DNA of 64,000 nucleotides from Pseudogymnoascus verrucosus (taxonomy: Eukaryota), in assembly GCA_001662655.1 (NCBI GenBank), contig KV460249.1; one strand, written 5' to 3'. The notes under the pieces were generated by a model, which saw only the letters and a program-made list of their open reading frames with translations, made no database searches and was not told where the DNA came from. Below, in pieces: positions 24,843-38,419 of this stretch (its first letter is position 1; the number at the start of each line of letters is the position of its first letter). The translations under genes and the position numbers were made by a program.

Positions 24843-27089
24843 TCACGCCCCCCCCGTCCTTGCATCCACCCTCTCCCTATGCTGCCGATTCCTCAAATGG
24901 ACCTCAAACCCCTCGACCGACATCCCAGGGCCAGGGGTATACAATTTCCCCGGGCAATCGCTGCAGCGGATACGCGGGAACCACATGTACTTGACGTTAT
25001 TCGAGGTCTCTGCCTCAGCAGGGGGGACGGGCATCTCGGTCGTGGCGTCGACGGCGAAGTAGCGCATCATCCCCTCGAAGCGGTCTTGCGTGTAGGTCTG
25101 CTGCAGGCCTTGGAGGCCGGATATGAGCCATGCTGGTGGTGGAGGCTATAGATGGTGTCAGTAGATGCAATTATATCATTAATGGGGACCTAGAAACTGG
25201 GGAGTTAAAAGGGGTAAGTAGGTAAAACTCACAGGCGCAGGCAAACTCTGCCCCTGCCCCGGCGGCGGCGGCGCATCCACCCTCCCCACTTGCGCATTCA
25301 TCACCGGCCCCGGCGGCGGCCCCGGGGTCGTCGTCTGCGCCGCCCCACCACCGAGCTGCTGATTCTGCAACCCTGGCGTAGAAGGCGGACCCATGCTCCC
25401 CCTCGCCGGCGTCCCCAATCCCGACACATTACTCTGGCTCCTACTATGCTGGCTCAGCGGCTTCGTCGTCGCCGCCTTCCGATCGCGGAGGTACTGCCGC
25501 AGCTTCTCCTTCCCGATCTTAAGCTTGATGATGAAGCTCACCGGACCGTCGGGCGACTCGTCGCGCGCGTCGCGTCCGCCGCCGAAGCGTCGTGCTGAGG
25601 TGCGCGTCTCGTGGTGGTGCAGGATTGCTTCGGGGGTTTCGGAGCGGCCTTGGTTCGCCATGCGTTGTTGGGCGGCTGTGGCGGCGCCGCGCATGTTGCG
25701 CGTACGTAGGGTGCCTTGTAGCTGGTTCGGTGCGGGCGATTCAGGTACGCTGTCATCGCTATCTTCTGATTCGGAGATGCCGTCGACACCACCGCTTGGG
25801 CCTGCGGCGCCGCGCTTACCGCGACCGGTGAGGCCGCTGACGCGCTTGAAGATCCGGCTCTCCTCGATCGTTTCAGCGGCGCCGGGGAGGACGGAAGATA
25901 CGGTGAGGGTGCGGACAGTGCGTTGTCTGTCCTTGAGGTCTGGGAGTGTTGGGCCGCCGCGGCGGTTGACGGAGCGCTTTTGGCGGCGCTGTTCGCGCGA
26001 GAATATGACTTCGTTCTTCTCGAGGTCTGTCTCCTTCATCTCGTACAGGAAGGGCGCGTATTCGCGCGCTTGTTGGTGGGGGCGGAAGGCGGAGGGGAGG
26101 GGTGTGGGGAGGAAGGCGGCGACGAGGTCGGAGTCCTCGACGGGGCGGCCGTCGAAGGGGTAGCCGACGATGTAGAGGGATTTGGTGAAGAGTTGGGATT
26201 GCTCGCGGATGCAGTGCGCGATTGCGGTTGTGAATTCGCCGGAGAGGGATAGTTCGCGGGACATGGAGAGCGCGAATTCTTCGGGAGAGTTTAGAGGGTT
26301 GTTGACGTCCCATTCGAATTGGTCCACCAATGTATGTTGGCCAATCGTTATGTTCAGCTTGATCAGGATCCGCATCTCGTCATTCTTGTATGCCAAATAC
26401 GGAAGTTCTGGGTCCAGCGCGTCCTCTTCGATGTATACAGGTGGGCAGAAATCCGCGAGCTGGTCGTAGATCTGGCGCATAACCATGTCGAGGACGTGGT
26501 CGGCCGCAGGGCCTTCCACGCCAAAATCTTCGACCAGTTGCTCAGCGAATAACTTCATTGGCACCACCCGGTCGTGAAGGTTCCACGTGAACGTGTCGCG
26601 CAGCTTAATCTTCTCCCAGTCGACATCAAGTCGTATCGGTATCAGCTCTTCAACTTGCTCGGCCTGCTGGTTCAAGTCCTTGCGCTTGACTCGCAGCATC
26701 GGGGTGCGCTTATTCCCAGCGCGGATTTTCGACACAGGATACAGCACCGACGGTACGGGCTCATCTGTGTGTCCATTCCCAAACCCATTGTATCCTTCTC
26801 CGTACAGTCGACTCGGCGGAAACCATTTGCGATACTGTGTCCGTATATCCGTGTAGTCCTGCACCTCACCCAGTTTCCGATTGAACGTCTCCTTCGCATT
26901 CTGCTGGACCTTAATCAGCGCCGCGCTGTGCAGAAGATCGCGCGTCGCATATTTCTCAGCGACTGCTGGCCTCGGCGGCGCCTTCCGTCGGTGAGGAAGA
27001 TCGATGGCGCTTTCTGTCGCCGCCGTCGTCGCCGTGGTCGAATTCGGAGGCGCAACCGAGGAAGAGGCTTGATGTTGTTCGGGCGCCAT
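24843..27089 (-). CDS. SNF5: SWI/SNF complex subunit Snf5
   Basis: SNF5 repeats LIPIRLDVDWEKIKLRDTFTWN and IKLNITIGQHTLVDQFEWD. Intron ~25148-25232, then C-terminal PRIRCSDCPGKLY. Confidence 0.93.
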
Positions 27090-27639
27090 GGCGGGAGACC
27101 ATGCGCGGAAGTACGCCCAGCGAGTCCAGATGAAGAGACCCGTATGATATGCTGCGCAATGCTTAGGTCCTGTGCAAGTCGCTGTATGTTCCGGCCAGAT
27201 TGGGCGTTGAGCACCGCGACACTCTCAGTTGGATGTTTCGCGGAGTCGCGACTTAAGGTTATACTGTAGTAGGGACACGGAAGAATCCACTTCCCAATAT
27301 GGACTAGTTCGCCCTTCCCTTTACTCATGCTCCTTCTTACTTTTATACCCTGCAATTGTAAGCGAGAACTTCAAAAATCAAGCCACAGTTGCACGTGATA
27401 TAATACACCGCCACAGCGATTCTGAACGGGACTGGACCTTGATGACATCGTTGGGAGCGAAGTGGGCTGCTGCTGTGGCTGGTGCTCTTGCTCGGGTCTT
27501 TGCCCACACAAACCAAGTCTCTTCGCATAGAACCAAGTCCAACTCAAACTGACAACACCCGCACTGATCTTCTTCACTACGCAATATAAACAACAACCTT
27601 TTATTTTCTAAAACTACTACTTCAAAAACAACCGCAAAC

Positions 27640-29089
27640 ATGGCCGAAGAGACCAAGGAAGTCGGTATGTATTTTATTTGGATTATTTATTCCTTATATT
27701 CCCATATTCCTTTCCAAAACCCTTATTATGACCCCGCTATCGAGCTTGCACACGACCCCACTTTGGGCGCATTTGCAGCTATTCGCAACACAGAACGCAG
27801 GAATAAAGAGCCAACGCTGATGATATAATGATATAGATTACACGCTTAACAACCCGGATACTCTTACCAAGTACAAGGATGCCGGAGCCATTTCCCACAA
27901 GGTCCTCGAAGCTGTCTCCAAGCTCTGTGTAGCTGGCGAGAAGATCGTAGACATCTGCGAGAAGGGTGATAAGCTGCTTGAGGAGGAGATCGCAAAGGTC
28001 TACAGAGGAAAGAAGATTTCCAAGGGTATGTCCAGGCCAAGATTCTGACGTTCTGAAGACGTCACTCACTCACCGTTCCATCAGGTATCTCCCACCCCAC
28101 CACCGTCTCGCCTTCCTCCTTCGTCACCCCATATACCCCTCTCAAGTCCGACGAGGCCGAGGCCTCCGTTGCCCTGAACGCTGGCGATGTGATTAAGATC
28201 CAGCTCGGTGCACAAATCGATGGTTTCGGAACGATCGTTTGCGATAACGTCGTCGTCCCCGGCGGTGAGGATGATGCCCGCACCGCAGACCTGATCCTGG
28301 CTACCCACTACGCGAACGAGCTTCTCCTGCGCCTGATGGTCCCACCTGGACTACTGTCGACCGGCACACCCGAGGAGAAGGCCAAGGCCGCCGCCCAAAA
28401 GCCAGTCCCCCAGAGCCGCATGACCAGCCTTCTCGAGAAGGTCGTCAAGAGCTACGACTGCAACCTCGTCGAGAGCACCACCTCGTGGCTGTTCAAGCGC
28501 AACGAGATCGAGGGAGAGAAGAAGATCGTGCTCGCTCCAGGAGAGGGCTCCAAGGGCGAGGGTGTCCCAGAGGTCGGCGAGGTGTGGGGTGTTGAGGTCG
28601 GTGTCTCCCTGGGAACCGGTAAGCTCAAGAACCTTGAGAACAGAGCTACTCTCCATCGCCGCACTACCCTTACCTACGGTCTCAAGAGAGACAGCTCCAA
28701 GAAGACCCTTAACGAGGTCGTCAAGAAGTTCGGTACCTTCCCATTCTCCCTCAGGCAACTCGACGACGAGAGGCAGGGCAAGGTCGGTGTTGTTGAGTGT
28801 GTCCGCGGCAACGTTTTCCGCGCGTACGAGGTTGTTGGTGACAAGGACGGAGCTGCTGTTGCCAGACTTCTGACCACCATCGGTAAGTAAAAAATGCTAC
28901 GCCACTGACTTTTATGATTTTCATCATCTAACATCCCTATTAGCCATCACCAAGAACGGCGTCCAGAAGCTCGCTGCCGCCCCAGCCCTTGACGTGTCCC
29001 AGTACAAGACCGACAAGAAGATCACCGACGAGGAGATCCTCAAGATCCTCGAAGAGCCCATCGCCAAGCCCAAGAAGGCGAAGAAGTAG
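27640..29089 (+). CDS. cdb4: Curved DNA-binding protein / PA2G4 (Ebp1) homolog, peptidase M24 fold, 4 exons
   Basis: MAEETKEV-DYTLNNPDTLTKYKDAG, KIQLGAQIDGFG, YGLKRDSS and KFGTFPFSLRQL. Stop TAG at 29087-29089. Confidence 0.88.
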
Positions 29090-30282
29090 ATCACCAAACC
29101 CCAGCTCCTGCTGCTTCGGGGAGGGGGGGCTTATGTCGCAAGATGCGAATGACCCGAGTAGTAAATGACTGACGTTTCATGATCTGGCGATCGTGCCTTT
29201 CAAACTGGAACCCTCAACTTGGAAGTCAAAAGCCAGGAGTGTGTGTGCCCCTATTCACAATATTTTTGGACCATAGGGACGCATCTGCTGCCATGTTTTT
29301 TGTATTTCTTTGTGTGGGGTGATAGTAGTTGAAATGCGCGAGTTAACTTTTGGCGACCGATGTGTCACGAAGAATAGCTTGATCATCTCTTTTTTTGTAT
29401 GGAAGGGTGTAGCGTTAGCCACAAATTCCAGCAACTGAGAATCGTGATCTCCACGAGGAAGTTTTTTTTTTTTGGATAGACCAACCATGCCTTGCCCGTT
29501 CCAGAGTACGATTTCTGTCTCGCCCTCATTGTTATATGACCATCTGATTTTTGCTACAAAGTTAAGAAATGAGTAATGATCATTCTAAGTGAATCGAATA
29601 AAACAATGGTATCAGATCCTATCCTACACAATATGACACAATAACGATCCTTCAGGATTTGTGTAATACCGTGTGACCTTTTTCTTCACTTCAGACCCAG
29701 CATGTAACATAACCCGCTTCCTTCCTGGAGTCCGAACATCCCGACTGCGAAGCACTTATAGAGCCCTTTGCCCCCGCGTCTGGAGTAATCCCTTCGTCAC
29801 AGATTTCGTCCCAACATCACAGACCTCAGCCATTCGACTCTTCAGCCGCTACGAAGCATCTCAAGTCCTTCCTTTTCGGCATCACTGCTCTGTTTATCTG
29901 GGCTGCCCTAGCTGAGGAACCTCTGGATCCTTGTATCAGAATAAATGAAAGGGGACTGGCAGAATATGACTGCGATAGCTGCTCTTGTTCTTGAAGTTGG
30001 ACTATATTGCGATATTGATGTGCATTGCTATGGCGGGTGCTGTCCGGTTCAAAATGATCTATAGTGAGTTTCACCCTGCATTACTACCTGGGCTTAGGAA
30101 TAACTTTATATTCAAGGTATTATCAGACCCTATTCCATCACTAAGATCACGGATATTATGGGGCATGCTCTCTCAAATCCAGCAGATTTCTCTCATTGCA
30201 GCCCCGCCTTACTATGGCTAGGTTATTTGAAGGGCTTTCAGAGTAGGACATAGTCGATGCAGTTCTAATTAGGACAAAATAT

Positions 30283-30942
30283 TTAATAAATGGGATTCAT
30301 ACCTTCTGCCTTTATATCCTCTAGAAGCTCGTCTACATTTGCATACTCTTGGGCCCAACACTTCGCAATAGCGCCGCTGAACGCATCTAAAGAGCTCAGG
30401 CGGCATATGCGTCATCTATCTCCCAGTCCGGAAGCCATTTGTATGGTTTCAACCCGGTCATTACCTCGTAAAAGGTAGAGCCAAGGGCAAATATCTCACT
30501 CTTCGTCGTGGTGTCTGTAATGCTAGGATGCCCATGGCTAGTCTCGTAGTAGACAAGAGCAGGTTCTTCATCAATAGCAGAGCCAGCAAAGTCGCCCAAT
30601 TTCACGTTGAGACCGTGATCAATGAATATGTTGTTACAGGAGATGTCGCCGTGTAAGACATTTTTGGAATGGACGTAAGCAACCGCTTCTGCAATCTGTT
30701 CGACCCAGCGAAGCTGCAGTGAAAGCTCAAGGGGCTTCGTCTGGATTTGCAAGTACTGCCTTATAGATCCATGACAAGCATATTGTAGGATAGAATCGTT
30801 TCCCATGTAATAACGGACGACCCTATCATGGTGACCAAGCCGTTCGTATAACGGCATCAAGGCGAGCAACTATTGCCGTAATCCCCGCCCCCAGAATATC
30901 TTTGCCATCTACACCATGCGGAAATTGAATTAAGTCACTCAT
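30283..30942 (-). pseudogene. Disrupted fungal Ser/Thr protein kinase
   Basis: Intact core HGDISCNN, KLGDFAGS and EIFALGS. The N-terminal pieces (MSDLIQFP..DILG / GITAIVARLDAVI / YERLGHH) and the C-terminal piece (AFSGAIAKCWAQEY) lie in different frames with no introns to join them. Confidence 0.7.
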
Positions 30943-31543
30943 TAGGTGCTGAGACTTAGAAATCGTTCTGTTGATGTTCGGCGTTTGGGTATAGAAGGTG
31001 TATTGTCCTTGTTGGGATCATTAAATTTAGGCGTGGTGGTGTGTGCGTACGTTGAAAGGGGGTACATGTCCATCCGGCGAGACATAACGACAACGCACAG
31101 GATACTTTAATTTAATTCCGCTTCATTTCTACCTATGGTATGGGCTGGCCTTATTCCAATTATTTATTCAAAAAGCTATTAAGATTGGTGTGCATTTGGT
31201 GCATATGGAGGCTATGCTATATGAATTGGAAAAATACTACGCGTATCTAGTCCAAATAAATATTATAATATTCATTTGGAATATTCGAATTCTTGTAATA
31301 GTTTCGTATTGGGCCGAAATATCTCGAATGCAGCTAGATATTATTTGTGTAAACTGCAGCCAAAACTGAGGCGGCTCATATCGAACCCCACATGATTTCC
31401 ACCACTGGATATTCAAGTAATGGTATGCTTCATCTCCAGTAACCCATACCGCGTGCATATACCAACGATATCAAACGCCCGCAATCTATCCCGACGCCTT
31501 TTCATATATCAATGTGCCAATGCCCTTTTGCCCTCCTTTCGGT

Positions 31544-32472
31544 TCAAGAGAGCTTAATACTCTCAAGGGTGTGGTCAACCTTCGTCAGGTAGCTTGCCAT
31601 CTGGTTGGGATCGCGCATCGCTACTATAACGTCATCGGGTAATCTGGATTTTAACAGGGCCTGGTTCAGTTAGTACAGCAATATCAAACTCTATACAATA
31701 GCGGAACTTGCCTCCTTAACCGCGTCGAACTTCTCCTCCGTCGCCGTATACTCCCTCGTGACCTTCTTGGACCTGAAGTCTATGTAGACTCTCGTATCCC
31801 TGATACGCACAAGCACATTATCCAACCTCATAAAGTTCCTCGCCAGGATCAGCATCCTCTCTGGCATGACCCTCAGCTTGATCGAGTAGAGCGAGATCCC
31901 ATTATCGTCTAGCTCGCTCTCATACAGCACCACCTCCTCGAAATGCAATATTGGATCCGGGCGCTTCAAGAGCTCGATTGGGATCGGCTCCGTGTCAGGT
32001 GTGAATAGAGTAGGTGACGCGCCGCCTACAGTGCCCTTGTAATCTGTGCTGTACGACCAGTCGAATGGCTTCACGACCTCTTTGATACTCTCGTGTGTTT
32101 TCTCCCTGTAATGGTTAGCTTTGGCTTTTGCACAGCCTAGATAGCGACTTACCTGCTCTCCGACCATTCCCGCGAGTATGCGACCTTCAGCATAGTTTTA
32201 TCTGTCTTATCCACCCGGTCTAATGCATCGAACGAGTTGAACTCGATACACCATCCCTTCTCGGCGTTCTCCACTGACACCATGTTGTCGCCGAAGATCA
32301 TCTCTGGCACGGGGATGCCCAGCTTCTCGGACATGGCGTCGATGGCGTCGGACTTTGAGATTGGGAGCTTGCGCGTGTTGATCGTCCATCCGTGCTGGGA
32401 GAAGGAGACCGTCGCCGATTTGGGGTTACCGGGCGACGGGAACGATTCTGTGATGGGGCCGTTGAGCGACAT
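31544..32472 (-). CDS. TIP41: PP2A/TOR regulator Tip41 (3 exons; last intron GC-AG)
   Basis: Motifs PEMIFGDN, KPFDWSYSTDYKGT, LYESELDDNGIS, LRVMP and VRIRDTRVY. Confidence 0.93.
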
Positions 32473-32842
32473 TTTGGGGGGTGTATAGGGTGTATATTAT
32501 GCGCTTGGAGTTAGACCCTTTGAAAGGCGAAAGTTGCACACCTCAAAGCTGTAAATGTTGCGGAAATAATGAAACCTTATGGTACTGTAGAGGCCCAGAT
32601 TGAGTTGGAGTGGGGTTATCGATAGAGTACCTTATTTGGTGGGGTTGGATGTTCGGTACCCTTGTTCGTTGCTCTGACAACACCGTAGCTCCAGTTATTA
32701 TGTTGACCCTCAGTTGTTCCAGGCGATTTCAAGAACATCGACATTTAGTATCGCCAAACGACCAACGCAATTCCACGCTTGGAAACTAACCATCTCCTTG
32801 ACTCGAAGCGGTATATTCCTGGAAGAGGATAACTCTATCACA

Positions 32843-34159
32843 ATGGCAAGCCGGGGACTCGAATCTCGGTTCGAGCACTTGTCCGTGACCGATGAGAATG
32901 ACGGTGGAGAGGGTCTCAAGAAAACCGGACTCAAGTCCAAAGTAAGTACACTGGAATGATTATATGTATATCTTCTAATGGCATAATAGGTTGTCCCAAA
33001 ATCACAATTATCGCAAACTTCAAATGGCGGTAACCTCCTCAAGATGGCGCTTTCAAACAACAACCCAGCGCCAGTAACAACAGTCACCGTCCCCTCCCAA
33101 GCAGCACAATGGCGAGGATCAAATGCACCAACGAGCGCAACATCACCCCCACGCAAGGCCACATCCACATCCTCAAGGCCTTCCGACGAGCTCGTAAAAG
33201 CAGAGCAAAAAGCGCCACAGATTTACGTCATGCCCCAGCCAAAGGAGTTCCACCTGGGCATGTTTGAGATTGGGCGGCCGCTAGGAAAGGGTAAATTCGG
33301 GCGTGTATATCTCGCTAGAGAGAGAGGCACCGGGTTCATCTGTGCCCTGAAGGTGCTGCACAAGTCCGAGATCCAGCAGGGCAAAGTGGAGAAGCAAGTC
33401 CGCCGAGAAATCGAGATCCAGTCCAACTTACGGCATCCAAACATCCTACAACTGTACGGCCACTTCCACGATAGCAAGCGAATCTTCCTCATCCTGGAGT
33501 TTGCGGGCAAGGGCGAGCTGTACAAGCATCTGAGGCGCGAGAACAGGTTTCCTGAGTGGAAGGCAGCGTCGTACATCGCGCAGATGGCTGCGGCGCTCAA
33601 GTATCTCCACAAGAAGCACGTCATACACAGAGATATTAAGCCGGAGAATATCTTGATGGGTATCCATGGCGAGATTAAGATTTCGGATTTCGGATGGAGC
33701 GTGCACGCGCCAAACAACCGCCGCCAGACAATGTGCGGAACTCTTGACTATCTGCCCCCGGAGATGCTCAAGCCTGGGTCGGGGGATAACTGGTATGGCG
33801 AGAAGGTTGACCTGTGGAGTTTGGGTGTCTTGGCGTACGAGTTCCTCGTTGGAGAGGCGCCGTTCGAAGATACTATGATTATGACACAGAGGAGGATTAC
33901 GAGGGCAGACATGACAGTCCCTTCGTTCGTTTCTCCGGAGGCGAAGGACTTGATCAAACGAGTAAGTTTTCGTTCTCTTACCTTGTTAGGATACAACTGA
34001 CGTTTATAGCTCCTCGTTCTGGATCCCGAGAAGCGTATCCCGCTTGATCAGGTTCTACTCCACCCCTGGATCATGAAGCACTGTGTGAAAGGGGAGCGAG
34101 CAACACAGCGAGAGTCGAAATCATCAGGCAGCAAATCCTCTCTTGAGGGTAGGGAATGA
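32843..34159 (+). CDS. IPL1: Aurora family Ser/Thr kinase (Ipl1/Ark1), 3 exons
   Basis: [53 protein letters not shown] and [13 protein letters not shown]. Introns at 32942-32989 and 33962-34009. Confidence 0.95.
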
Positions 34160-34380
34160 ATTACGAATCCCTTTTTATCCCTCTAATTGTATCTGGCGGA
34201 GGCGTTTTAACTTGGATGGAACAGGACAGGGGAATTGGACATGATATGCATGAAAGTTGGAGTTGGAGTTTCTATGTTTTCCAGCCTTAACGCCTACGCT
34301 TACCCATGCAAATGATAACTACATATATATACTATACAAACAACTGTTGTACAAACGGAATGCGGTCGTGATATAACACA

Positions 34381-35219
34381 TTACCGGTAGATCTCGTCGA
34401 ATGGCCGGGTATCCGCAAAACATGAGTCCCAAACTTCGTTGACCACCTTGGTCGCATGTACATCGTCCTTGCAGCTTGGCCGGTTCATGACGGACCGAAT
34501 AGCCCTGTTCCTGACGCAGTTTTGGTGTTGTTGTGTGAGCGTGAAGTTGTTCCTCACGAAGAACTCTCTGGTCCACCTGCACTCGCCGCTCAGGCTGGAT
34601 GCTCGAATCTACAGGGTTGTCAGCACAGTGCAGTTAACTATCCAGTCAAACCTCTTACCTCTGTGCACGCCGCATGCCGTAAGTCCGACCAGTCCACCTT
34701 CCACCTCAGGTGATCCCAAGCATGTACCATCTCATGCGCCAGTGTATCCTCCAGATGTCCCTGATTCCTCATCTCATTCGCACAAATCAGAATGCCGTGG
34801 TCCGGACTGAACCCGCCCCCCTGCCTAACCGTATGCTCCTTCCCATCCTCCCCAATAACTCGCCGCGTAGGACACCGGCGACACTGCACGTTACTCCGGT
34901 CCAGCTTGCCATTCAGGTCCATGATGTTCTTGGACATGAAGCGAATCGTCGGCGAGTACTCGAACAGGTAGTCCCGCCACTTATCGCAGTTACTGCAGTC
35001 TCGCGCCTCGTTGCGGATGTATGCGTCCTCGCGGAATGCCTCCTGGCCCTCCCGGCTCATCTTGCCCAGCAGGATGTTGAAGTAGTTCGCCCATCGCTTG
35101 GTCGGGTCGTAGCCCGTCTTCGCCGGGTCATTGTTAGGGTTCCATGTCGACACTGCAGGGCGCTCAGTCGAGCTGGCTGTTGCCTGTGCCTGCTCCGTCG
35201 GGGGTGTTTGCGATGCCAT
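34381..35219 (-). CDS. ATP23: Mitochondrial inner membrane metalloprotease Atp23 (peptidase M76)
   Basis: [19 protein letters not shown] (HExxH), [16 protein letters not shown] and C-terminal [13 protein letters not shown]. One intron. Confidence 0.95.
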
Positions 35220-35542
35220 TGTGTGTTTGGTCAAGCTAGTCGCGCTGGTAAGTTTCCAAATTAGACGCGGACTCCCTATTAGAGTCGCCGTACTAGTACG
35301 CCGAGCGCGAATTACAGGGCGGTGAGAGAAAAGTTGGCCGTATTCTGCCGGGTTCGGTGGGGTACGGATGCGATACTCGGAACTTTGACAGGGCGCACCA
35401 CTAAACTCCAAACAAAGGTGGGGGGGCAAACGACGACATCGAGGATCTCCATTCAACCGGTTTATCAGCCTTGTCCAAGTTGTCTATAAAGCGACTTATT
35501 CCCCTGCCTTCTATGGCGGACTGCGATGCCAATGTAGCAAAC

Positions 35543-37223
35543 ATGAAGGGACCAAAGCCCTTGACTATTGTCATAAAACTTGGTGAGTCGACTCATATTT
35601 GGCCCACAGCCCAATTAACGCTCATTGCTCAGGCACGAGCTCGATTGTTGATGAGCATACGCATGAGCCGCTCCTCTCAGTCTTGTCTCTCATTGTTGAG
35701 ACTGCTGTGAAATTACATGAAGATGGACACAGGGTCATTCTCGTCTCCTCGGGCGCCATCGGCGTTGGCTTGAGGCGTATGGACGTGAAAAAGAGACCAA
35801 AGCATTTGCCTCGCATCCAGGTCTGTCAACACCACCCCAGCCTAACATTTGACATTGCTGACTTTTCTCCAGGCTCTGGCAGCAATTGGGCAATGCAGAC
35901 TTATGGGGCTATGGGACAGTCTCTTCGAGCAGCTCCGCACACCCATCGCTCAAATCCTTCTGACCCGCAACGACATTGCCGATGTAAAGGTCCCCCTTAC
36001 TAGCTCTTTACGAATACGTACACTAACACGACATCCCAGCGTTCACAATATATCAATGCAGTCAATACGATTAACGAGCTCCTCGATATGGGCGTGATCC
36101 CCATTGTCAATGAGAACGATACTCTTGCCGTTGCTGAAATTAAGTTTGGTGACAACGACACCCTGTCGGCCATCACGGCCGCCATGGTCCACGCCGACTA
36201 TCTTTTTCTCATGACTGACGTCGACTGCCTATACACCGCGAACCCGCGCACGAACCCCGACGCAGAGGCCATTGAAGTCGTCGACGACATAGACGCCCTG
36301 CAAGCCGATGGTGAGTCATGTTGACTTCTCTCCTCTCCAACCTCTATCTAAACCTTCCAGTCTCCTCCGCCGGCTCCTCCCTCGGAACAGGCGGCATGAG
36401 CACCAAAATCGTTGCTGCCCGACTCGCCTCCTCCGCTGGTGTCACCACCATCATCGCCTCCTCGGCACACCCGCAATACATCTTCCCTATTGTATCCTAC
36501 ACGCAATCCCTTGGCCTACCCCGCAACAAATCCCTCACAGCCCTATCCGCCCTCAATACCCCAGCCGCTAGTTCTCCCGGCCGCTCTTCGCCCTCACCCT
36601 TCGATCCATCCAATCTCCCGCAACGTCCCCCTCACACCCGGTTCTCCCCGTCACGCCACCCTATCCGTGACCGCAGTTTCTGGCTCCTTCACGGTCTTGC
36701 CCCTCACGGCACGATCTACATCGACGCCGGTGCCCACCGCGCGCTAAGCAACAAGGCTGGTCTCCTTCCCGTCGGCATCGTGGACGTCGATGGCAACTTC
36801 GGCCAGCAGGAGGCAGTCCGCATCGTTGTCGTGGAGAGGATCACACCTGTGACACCCGCAAGGAGTGTCGCTGAGGAGGCCGAGGCAGCTGTCGATGGCG
36901 CGGCTGCTGCGACTACGTCTGCCGGTGACGGGCTGGCGCACACTTACACGCAAACCCCACCGACTGGGACTCCACCTACCTCGACTCCGCTCTCGGCGCC
37001 AATCACGGCGCTACCCATCCATATCCACCGACGCTCAAGCACCCCGCCCCCGCAGCTCTGGCGTGGAACGCCACTTGAGGTTGGACGCGCGCTGGTGAAC
37101 TACAGTAGCGCGGAGATCGCTCGTATTAAGGGACTACATAGCGAAGGCATTGGGGAGGTGCTCGGCTACGCGGATAGTGAGTATGTAGCACTGAGGGAGA
37201 ATGTGAGCTTGGCTGTCTTTTAG
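35543..37223 (+). CDS. PRO1: Glutamate 5-kinase with C-terminal PUA domain (5 exons)
   Basis: [50 protein letters not shown] and GRALVNYSS. An alternative in-frame ATG lies at 35513. Confidence 0.94.
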
Positions 37224-37781
37224 ACGGAGATCGGCAGGGCAGAGAAGATGATGGGGGGTGGATGTTTTCCTAGATTTTCATTAGATGCGACCAAACAAAA
37301 TTTAGATTGGGACTGGGATACTGGGATTGGGGAAAGACTGGAGGCATGATTTCTGATCAACTCGAAACCATGGGCCTTACGCACAGTGTAGTCCCTGGGC
37401 GTTGGAGGCCAAGAATGCTATTCTTTTCGGGCATAATTGGAACGTGAAATCACACATAGAGGGACATAATAGGGGGAAGTAGGGGGAAGTAGATATCGGC
37501 GTATATCCAGTATGGGGTCTAGTTAGGGTCTAGTATGAGGTATTTCAAGGTATATCATTTCTCTAGTTGCATACAATGTCATGGTTCTGTGCATTGACTA
37601 GGTAGTCAACCATGTTTGAAGATGCTCGACAGTGGGGTTTACCATATAGGGCGCCAAGTGCATGGCTGACATGTGCCGCCGTGGATCATGTACCTGGCAA
37701 ATGTCTAAGCCACCTGCGTCACACCGCCTTGAAATTAATTGCCTGATTTAAGTTTTTACCTAAGGTATCAAGGCACGAACT

Positions 37782-37921
37782 CACATGTTTAAATATCTCC
37801 GGTGCACGTGACTAACACATCACATTTACATCACGTGTACGGTCACGAGTATTGTCACGTGCAACCAACCCTTATCGCAACCGATGACATCACAAATCAA
37901 CGATAATCAAGATAAGATATC
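37782..37921. promoter_or_regulatory. Cluster of E-boxes and GATA sites upstream of the nickel transporter
   Basis: CACGTG at 37805, 37832 and 37856, with near-matches at 37782 and 37842. CTTATC at 37871, GATAAT at 37902 and GATAAG at 37911. Confidence 0.5.
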
Positions 37922-38419
37922 CGCCCCTCTCCTCCCCGCCGTCCTGTTCCTGCCCTTGTCATGTCCCTCTCCTCTCCGCCCACGCCCACCGAATCAAGCA
38001 TCCCGCTCCTCCCCTCCCCTCCCCCCCCATTCTCCCCTCCTCCCCCCCCTCCCACACCCCTCCGGCTTTGCTGTTTACAGCTAGGAGCCGGGACTCGTTT
38101 ACTTTATAATGACATGCCTCATGGCGGGGCCAAATGCAATGACAAGAAACTAGGAGGGAAAATATTTGCGCACTCCCTCCTCCTCTTCACTCTTCGTCCT
38201 CTCCTCCTCTACTATTCTCCTCCCCTTCCTCTTCGATAGAGTATACTGGAATCGTCGCGCCTACCTCGTGAAACTATCCCCCGGTGTTTACCTCGTCATC
38301 CTTACCTCAGTGGTGAAGCGCGCTTATAACCAGCTATATACCCGCCGTATACCCGCCCTTCAGAGGAGGAACGCAAGAGGAGATCCCCACCAAACACGCC
38401 CACCACCACACCCCTCACC

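Noticed and set aside
27665..27837. snoRNA in the long first intron of cdb4
   Set aside because: No convincing C box/D box pair with a terminal stem.
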